From Corallochytrium limacisporum Hawaii (Eukaryota; Protista; Pluriformea): a stretch of 64,000 nt of DNA. Positions 57,426 to 64,000 of the stretch are shown piece after piece. Location: the NCBI GenBank assembly GCA_002811645.1, contig PDIP01000032.1, forward strand, positions 136,429 through 200,428, read 5' to 3'. How positions within the stretch are numbered: position 1 is the first letter of the stretch; every line of letters begins with the position of its first letter. Below the pieces are notes generated by a model that ran no database searches, was not told the DNA's origin, and worked only from the letters and a program-made list of their open reading frames with translations. Both the position numbers and the translations under genes were made by a program.

Positions 57426-58221
57426 CTACCACTTCCTCTCCTTTTTGGTGTATACCTTTTCAATTTTCTTCATTTTCTTGGCGCTTCGCGGTGGGATATA
57501 TTCACCACTGAATCGGTAGTTTCCTTTTATCGCATCTTAAAAATTGGCGCAGAGGGTTACAGTTTCACCGTTCCAGCCCCTCTTTTGCCGCCTAGGTATT
57601 CTTAGTAGGGCATTGACATCACAATTAATTGACCACGTTTCTCAGTAAGTTTTCCCGCGTATACAAAAACTTTAACTAGCATCTTGGTTGGTACGGCCGT
57701 CCCTTCGATCCCAGTATCGCGGCGGCAGCCACAAAATCCCGAAAGATGGTGAAAAAGACGGGCTCTGTGTTTAGGAGTGTATAAGCGAGCCCGCATTGAT
57801 TCCGGAAATACACTCCCAAAACTTCCTTGTTTGTGAGTGTGCTTGGATCAGACGCGCACACCAGCACGTACTACCCCTGCCGTCCCTTGGGTGGTAAAAA
57901 TTTTCATAAAGGGGTTCGCCCGGTGTAGGTGGGGGCGGGCCAATGGTGGAGAGAAAACGGAAGGTTTCGTTAACCGCATCATCGGAACGGATTCCACCCC
58001 AGGAGAGATCTTGTGGGCCTGTACAGTTCCGGATCCGCAAGGGCACGGAACACCGTTTGACCGACACTTGGGACCCACCAGCTGAATAGGTGAAGAGGCT
58101 ATTTCAGATCCATTCGCCGCCCTGTCGCAGACCTGCTCAGGCGAAGGAAACTCGCAGTCCATCGGGCCAATTCACGATATCTTGCCGTTATCACGGGCGA
58201 ATCTTGATCAATTCCCGAAGC

Positions 58222-59634
58222 ATGAGTTCCCCCATTGGAGACAACATCATTCTTACGACAGACTCGTACAAGGTCACCCACTGGAGGCAGTATCCACCGA
58301 AGACGACCAAGGTCTACTCGTATTTTGAATGCCGCAGAGGTGCTAAGTATGATCAGGCCGTACTCTTCGGTCTGCAGTACATCCTCAAACGGTACCTGGT
58401 CGGTTCGATCGTAACGAAAGAAAAGATTGTGGAGGCCACCGAATTCTTTGCAAAGCATTTCGGCAGTGAGGGCTTGTGCAACACAAAAGGCTGGGAGCAC
58501 ATTGTGAACGAGCACGATGGCAAGCTTCCGCTGCTGATCAAGGCCGTACCGGAGGGTACTGTAGTGGATATCAACAATGTCTTATTCACAGTTGAGAACA
58601 CTTGCCCAGAGTGCTATTGGGTGACCAACTACGTAGAGCCTCTGCTGGTGCAAGCCTGGTACCCAATCGCTGTCGCCACAAACTCTCGCGAGCAGAAGAA
58701 AACCATTGCACGATACCTGGAGGAGACATCTGGTGACATGAGCGCTTTGGGATTCAAGCTACACGATTTTGGTTTCCGAGGAGCGAGTAGTGTGGAGAGC
58801 AGTGGCATTGGTGACTGTGCCCATCTAGTCAACTTTATTGGAACCGATACTCTGGAGGGCATTGTGTGTGCCCGTCACTACTACTCATGCGACATGGCGG
58901 CATTCAGCCTTCCTGCCACCGAGCACAGCACCATGACTTGCTGGGGCCCGGGTCAAGGAGAGATTGAAGCCTTCGGTAATGCTTTGAACCAATTCCAGGA
59001 AACGCCGGTCAGCATTGTTAGTGACAGCTACGATGTTTTCAATGCCATCGATGAGATTATTGGTAAAAATTTCGCGGCAAAGATTAAGGAAAGAAAGATG
59101 CCCTGCATTGTGCGTCCCGACAGTGGCCACCCCCCAACGATAGTACTTGAATGTCTGAACAGGCTTGAGAAGTATTTCGGCAGTACCAAGAATTCTAAAG
59201 GTTACAAGGAGCTACCAACGTACATTCGAGTAATCCAGGGTGACGGCATAGACTCAGACATGTTAGAGAAGGTTCTATTTGGTCTGCAGGAGGCCGGTTG
59301 GAGCGCATCGAATGTGGTCTTCGGTAGTGGAGGTGCCCTGCTGCAGAAACTGCACCGTGACACCATGAAGTGTGCTTACAAATGCTGCTACGCGGAGGTC
59401 GATGGCAAGGGCGTCAATGTCTACAAGGACCCGATCACCGACCCGGGCAAGAAATCCAAGAAAGGGCGCTTGACTCTGGAAAGGGATGCTACTGGAAAGT
59501 ACCACACCATTGAGGAGAACCGGGGAGATCCATCCAAGGATCTGTTGGAACCGGTTTTCGAGAATGGTGCCATGGTGCGGGACCAGACTCTGGACGAAAT
59601 TCGCAAAAATGCACGTGTGGACGAAGAAAAGTAG
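58222..59634 (+). CDS. NAMPT: Nicotinamide phosphoribosyltransferase
   Basis: First ATG at 58222. TDSYKVTHWRQYP, KLHDFGFRG, PATEHST, VSDSYD, RPDSG, IQGDG, FGSGGALLQK, KDPITDPGKKSKKGRL. Confidence 0.97.
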   Translation: MSSPIGDNIILTTDSYKVTHWRQYPPKTTKVYSYFECRRGAKYDQAVLFGLQYILKRYLVGSIVTKEKIVEATEFFAKHFGSEGLCNTKGWEHIVNEHDGKLPLLIKAVPEGTVVDINNVLFTVENTCPECYWVTNYVEPLLVQAWYPIAVATNSREQKKTIARYLEETSGDMSALGFKLHDFGFRGASSVESSGIGDCAHLVNFIGTDTLEGIVCARHYYSCDMAAFSLPATEHSTMTCWGPGQGEIEAFGNALNQFQETPVSIVSDSYDVFNAIDEIIGKNFAAKIKERKMPCIVRPDSGHPPTIVLECLNRLEKYFGSTKNSKGYKELPTYIRVIQGDGIDSDMLEKVLFGLQEAGWSASNVVFGSGGALLQKLHRDTMKCAYKCCYAEVDGKGVNVYKDPITDPGKKSKKGRLTLERDATGKYHTIEENRGDPSKDLLEPVFENGAMVRDQTLDEIRKNARVDEEK

Positions 59635-59741
59635 GTACTGACAACTTTCGGCGTACTATCTTTGTCCAACACAACTGTAACATGTAATTACAATACCGTG
59701 AATTCTCTAAAATAGATATACTGAAACAATAGTTGCCAACT

Positions 59742-60695
59742 TTATTCCACAGTCTGTCGATAAGATTGCAATAACGTGGCGATATTCATGACATCCTCAT
59801 TGATGGCATCTAACAGTATTGTCAGCTGGTAGATGGCATCCAAATCCAGACTCCGCCGGAAAGGAATGGACTTGGGTTGCAACACTGTGTTCTTGCCATT
59901 GTCATTGACGGGCTGTCGAGACGAGGCCGACTGTGTTCCTCTGCCGTTCAAAAAGAAGGCAGCGGCACGATTGGCCGGTTGCGGTGCAGGCGACGGTCGA
60001 TTCAGATTCTCGTATCCCATCATAACCCGCAGTACACTTGCAATAAATCGCTGTCTAACCTCCCGCTGTGTTTCCAGCTCTTCCCTCTGCTTCCGGGCCT
60101 CCCGTATCTTAACGTCTAACGGCCGTAACTCAGCTTCCAATCGCAAACTCATATCCTGCAGATCACGACAGGTGAAATTGTATACATCACTGCGTGTTTG
60201 ACCTCTTGATATCCCGTTCGGTTTGACCAATCGGGGCAATTTGTCATCGATGGACCTGTAATATTCCCACTCGGTGTGGGTGTCATTCCACAGCTGTGAG
60301 ACTGCGTTGGCGGTGCGGTTGTCTAATAAACGACCCCACAGACTATTGTTAGGTACATTGGAGCCCTTTAGGCTAGATTTGGCTTGGAATTCCTGTTCCA
60401 GTGGTTCCGTGGTAATGTTTTCATAAAGTCCGTCCTCTAATGGAAACAGTTGGCAAATCGTTTTCGGTTCTGAGTGTTCTTTAACTATTCTACCGGCTAC
60501 TTCATTAGGCGCTGGCGGTGGTTGTGCTGTGCTTGCTTCAAAGTCATTCCAGTCTTCACCGCCTGCTCCCCACTCCTCCTCATCCCCACCGCCAGTGTTC
60601 CACTCGTCACCATCACTATCGTTCCATTCATTCTTGTCTCCACTGGTCAATTCTCCATGTTTAGAGCTGGCTGACTCGTCTTCGTTATCTGACAT
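59742..60695 (-). CDS. FEZ/UNC-76-like coiled-coil protein with acidic Trp motifs and an aftiphilin-like segment
   Basis: 317 aa ORF from ATG. REELETQREVRQRFIASVLRV resembles FEZ RDELEFEKEVKNSFITVLIEV. IPF...IYQLTILLDAINEDVMNIATLLQSYRQTV resembles FEZ IPY...LQMLTNILFAMKEDNEKVPTLLTDYILKV. Coding status is near certain; the family call is from memory. Confidence 0.7.
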   Translation of the reverse strand: MSDNEDESASSKHGELTSGDKNEWNDSDGDEWNTGGGDEEEWGAGGEDWNDFEASTAQPPPAPNEVAGRIVKEHSEPKTICQLFPLEDGLYENITTEPLEQEFQAKSSLKGSNVPNNSLWGRLLDNRTANAVSQLWNDTHTEWEYYRSIDDKLPRLVKPNGISRGQTRSDVYNFTCRDLQDMSLRLEAELRPLDVKIREARKQREELETQREVRQRFIASVLRVMMGYENLNRPSPAPQPANRAAAFFLNGRGTQSASSRQPVNDNGKNTVLQPKSIPFRRSLDLDAIYQLTILLDAINEDVMNIATLLQSYRQTVE

Positions 60696-61564
60696 GATTC
60701 ACAGTCCACTCACGTCGCCGTCATTTTTATGTCTTAAGTGACTAACCTTCATTACCTGTCGAAATCTCCATTATATCCGCTCATTCAAATCAAATCGTGA
60801 CACTCCCATCACAGGCTGTGAATCATTGTCTACGTTTATGTGATCACTGGCTGTCGGAAAGTTGACACGAATACCTTCACCACCCATTCTTGCTTGCGCC
60901 GACCGCAGGGTCTCAGCTCCCCCTTGCCACCGGCCGGGTCACCCAGTCATCGGCCTGCCCCTCTCTCGCCGCCGAGGTCTCCACCCGCAGTGTAACTGCT
61001 CTTTCATCTAAAGCCACTCCAGCTAGTACGTTGATGATTGGAAGTTCCAATCGACGCACTACCCATACATTCACTATCAAATCCACAATTCGCATAATTA
61101 ATGTACTGGTGGGCTACAGTCAGAGTTTTCAGTGGGGAGGGACCAACCGCCGCCCCTCCCCCCGCTGCCGCCATTAAGCTAATAGCTAGTGGACGCCTTT
61201 GTTTTGCCAATTGGAACCCAGGACCGGGAGCACCGAAGAACGGAGGTCACAAGAAAACAACAGGAGTACTAAACGCTCGGATTTTGCACAAGTTCTGCGG
61301 TGGGACTATGGAGATGGCAGCGTATTAGGACACAGCAGAAGCGGATAGAGGATGAGCACTTGTGTGGTTGAGCCAAACGGTAGAGGCGAGGCAGTACTGT
61401 AGTTGTCGACAACAGGAAAGGCGGTCAGAGGTTTCTGTGGGGCGTAGTTGTAGCTATTTGAAAGTGCTAGGATACGGTTGGTACCTGTTCATTGAGCACA
61501 TTGAAAATTAGAGATTCATAGATTGAGTGGGATAGGGTTCGGACCCACTTTCGAATTGGCAAAG

Positions 61565-62884
61565 ATGATCTCTGCCTTCTTCATTTTCAACCACAAGGGT
61601 GATACCATCATCTATCGTCAGTACCGTGACGACATCAGCAGGCGGGCAGCAGCAGATGCATTTCGGGTTCATGTCATTTCAAGTCGGTCAGTGATTCGGT
61701 CTCCTGTGCACACCATTGGTGGGACTTCGTTCTTCCATCGCAAAGTCAATAACGTTTGGTTCCTCTGTGTGACCCGTCAGAATGCCAACGCTGCAATGAT
61801 ATTCGAGCTTCTCAATAGCTTTGTTGACGTGACTCAGTCCTATCTGCACAATATCACCCAAGAACGGATCAAGGAGAACTTTGCCACCATGTATGAACTC
61901 CTCGATGAGGCCGTTGACTTCGGCTACCCGCAGCACACTGGCGCGGATATCCTAAAGCTATGTATCACCCAGGGTGGATTTACACCACAGGAGCAAACTA
62001 TGATTGCTAATCAGTTGACCGCTCAGGTGACCGGGGCTGTCTCTTGGCGTCGGGAGGGCATCCGCTACCGTAAGAACGAGATTTTTATTGACATCATCGA
62101 GAACGTCAACGTACTGGTGGCGACGGACCAGCGTGTCCTGACGTCTAATGTAAGCGGCAGCATCATGCTACGGTGCTATCTATCTGGTATGCCTGAGTGT
62201 AAATTTGGCCTGAACGACAAAGTGCTGATGGACCCGGAAGTAGTGGCTGCGGCTCAGGCCGCAGGTGTGCCCCTCCCCAAGCAAAAGGGTAAGAAGCAGA
62301 TTGCCATCGACGACTACACATTCCACCAGTGCGTTAAGCTTGGTAAGTTTAGTAGTGACCGTACCATTTCCTTTGTTCCTGTGGACGGTGAATTTGAACT
62401 TATGCGTTACCGCATCACACAGAACATTCACATTCCTTTTAAGATCGTGCCTCTGGTCAAGGAAATTGGTAAGACACGACTGGAGATCACTGTTGTGCTC
62501 AAGTCCCTTTACGTGACCCGACTGCTGGCCACAAATGTAGAGGTTAGGATCCCTACACCACCGAACACATCCAAGGCTAACGTTACCTGCCTGGCAGGAC
62601 GGGCAAAGTACAAGAGTGGAGAGAATGCCATCATCTGGAAAATCAAGCGCATGTCCGGCCAGACCGAACTGCAGATCAATGCCGACATCGAGCTGCTTAG
62701 CATGGCCAAAGGAGCAAAGAACTGGAGCAGACCTCCAGTTTCTTTGAAATTCCAGGTGCCTATGTTTACGGCCAGTGGTCTGAATGTGCGGTTCTGCAAA
62801 GTCTTTGAGCCCAAGCTGGCGTACAAGACTATTAAGTGGGTGCGGTACCTTACACAAGCGGGTACTTATGAATTGCGGATCTGA
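61565..62884 (+). CDS. AP2M1: AP-2 adaptor complex subunit mu
   Basis: First ATG at 61565. FNHKGD..IYRQYRDDI, DAFRVHVI, QVTGAVSWRREGIRYRKNE, LSGMPECKFGLNDK, WSRPPVSLKFQVP, IKWVRY. Confidence 0.97.
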   Translation: MISAFFIFNHKGDTIIYRQYRDDISRRAAADAFRVHVISSRSVIRSPVHTIGGTSFFHRKVNNVWFLCVTRQNANAAMIFELLNSFVDVTQSYLHNITQERIKENFATMYELLDEAVDFGYPQHTGADILKLCITQGGFTPQEQTMIANQLTAQVTGAVSWRREGIRYRKNEIFIDIIENVNVLVATDQRVLTSNVSGSIMLRCYLSGMPECKFGLNDKVLMDPEVVAAAQAAGVPLPKQKGKKQIAIDDYTFHQCVKLGKFSSDRTISFVPVDGEFELMRYRITQNIHIPFKIVPLVKEIGKTRLEITVVLKSLYVTRLLATNVEVRIPTPPNTSKANVTCLAGRAKYKSGENAIIWKIKRMSGQTELQINADIELLSMAKGAKNWSRPPVSLKFQVPMFTASGLNVRFCKVFEPKLAYKTIKWVRYLTQAGTYELRI

Positions 62885-63053
62885 ATAAAGTCGCGAAAGT
62901 GGTACGTATGTTGTTCAATGATATATGTTGATCATTTCACAGAGCACCTGATAGGTGGGCTCAACATTGAGATGTACAAATTTATGATAAACTGATCAAC
63001 AGGGGAGTACGGATCATGGTTGGTCTCTAAGATATGTATCGAGTTATTATCAT

Positions 63054-63557
63054 CTAGAATTTCATAGCAAATGATGCACCGCATGAGCATCCAGCCTCTG
63101 CCTGAGGATTCTCACTCACGACAAATTTCTGCATAATCAATTCTTGTTTGTAGTCAACCGTGGACCCCTTGATGCCGTCCAGGGTTGCCTCGTCTACCAC
63201 TACGCGTATGCCATCGTTGTCATAGACAAGGTCTTCGTCCTCAATTTCTGTGGTTTCTTCTATGGCATACTGATATCCACTGCAACCGCCACTGTCGATT
63301 GCTACCCGTAGCATCAACTCCGGATTGTCTTTGCGCAGAAATTCTAACCGCTTGATGGCTGCATCTGTTAGTTTGAGGTCACCGTCCTTCAAAAGCTTTT
63401 CCGCGGGCACTGGATCTGTGGCACTCAGTGCGTAATTGCGGCACATAAAGAAGGGTGCTACTATTTTGGTGCCATTGTATCTACTTGTGCTGATCGTCGT
63501 CTGCATCAAACGGGGCACGGTATCCCTAAATAGGGATGTGGTCAACCGGAATGCCAT
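63054..63557 (-). CDS. ISCA2: Mitochondrial A-type Fe-S carrier, ISCA2-like
   Basis: Presequence, LRVAIDSGGCSGYQY, GSTVDYKQELI, NPQAEAGCSCGASF. Confidence 0.92.
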   Translation of the reverse strand: MAFRLTTSLFRDTVPRLMQTTISTSRYNGTKIVAPFFMCRNYALSATDPVPAEKLLKDGDLKLTDAAIKRLEFLRKDNPELMLRVAIDSGGCSGYQYAIEETTEIEDEDLVYDNDGIRVVVDEATLDGIKGSTVDYKQELIMQKFVVSENPQAEAGCSCGASFAMKF

Positions 63558-64000
63558 GGTGTGTATTTGTCTCCTTAAAATATGTATTTCACCAAATCGT
63601 TCCGCCGCATGACCGAATACATATTATGGTTGCCACGAGAATAATTTTTTTCAGTTTATGTTTCCAATTTATAGCTGCAGGTGCATGTCTGTTAGCACCC
63701 AATACCCGACGTTGTAGCTATCACAGCACTTTCATGTTCCTGTACCTGCCCAGCTTGAGGGCTAAGACTTCCCCCCGAAGACCCGTTTCATATCATCCCA
63801 TTCCCGAAAACACGGGAGGGGGGAAGGGGGGGGGACCACCGGCTGGCCGCTCCACCTTGAGGTACATTCAGTATTCGGTTGCACACACTGAAGTCTATGC
63901 GAGAGTGTGGACCCGGGACACCACAGTGCTTATACCACCCTCTGTCTGGGAATATTGTATCAAATCTACTCATTTTGATTTAGCTCTGCCGTCGCTTGGG

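Overview
Eukaryotic nuclear DNA from a gene-dense, almost intron-free genome: about 23 intact protein genes, 2 disrupted genes, one clear spliceosomal intron and four N-gaps. Several features point to a unicellular holozoan: an Mnt/Mxd-type bHLH-ZIP, a tandem two-finger GATA factor, a p400-like architecture, pyruvate carboxylase with a presequence, NAMPT, and 14-3-3 epsilon with the animal intron position. Near-zero intron density fits Corallochytrium best, but that assignment is inference. Main signal: the only two cilium/flagellum-associated genes I recognise are also the only recognisable genes with broken frames. ARL13B (26362-27174, -) has three in-frame stops and no frameshift in its GTPase and coiled coil. 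NSUN7 (22681-23990, +) has two stops and a frameshift. Housekeeping neighbours and the meiotic gene HOP2 are intact. This is either flagellar-toolkit decay in progress or stage-specific recoding. Other highlights: a p400/Domino-like protein with an apparently dead SNF2 ATPase, a protein joining aftiphilin-like and FEZ/UNC-76-like regions, a DysF + EDR2_C fusion, and near-strict strand alternation (21 of 24 adjacencies) with tight tail-to-tail pairs. All family assignments are by-eye motif recognition from memory; no searches were run.
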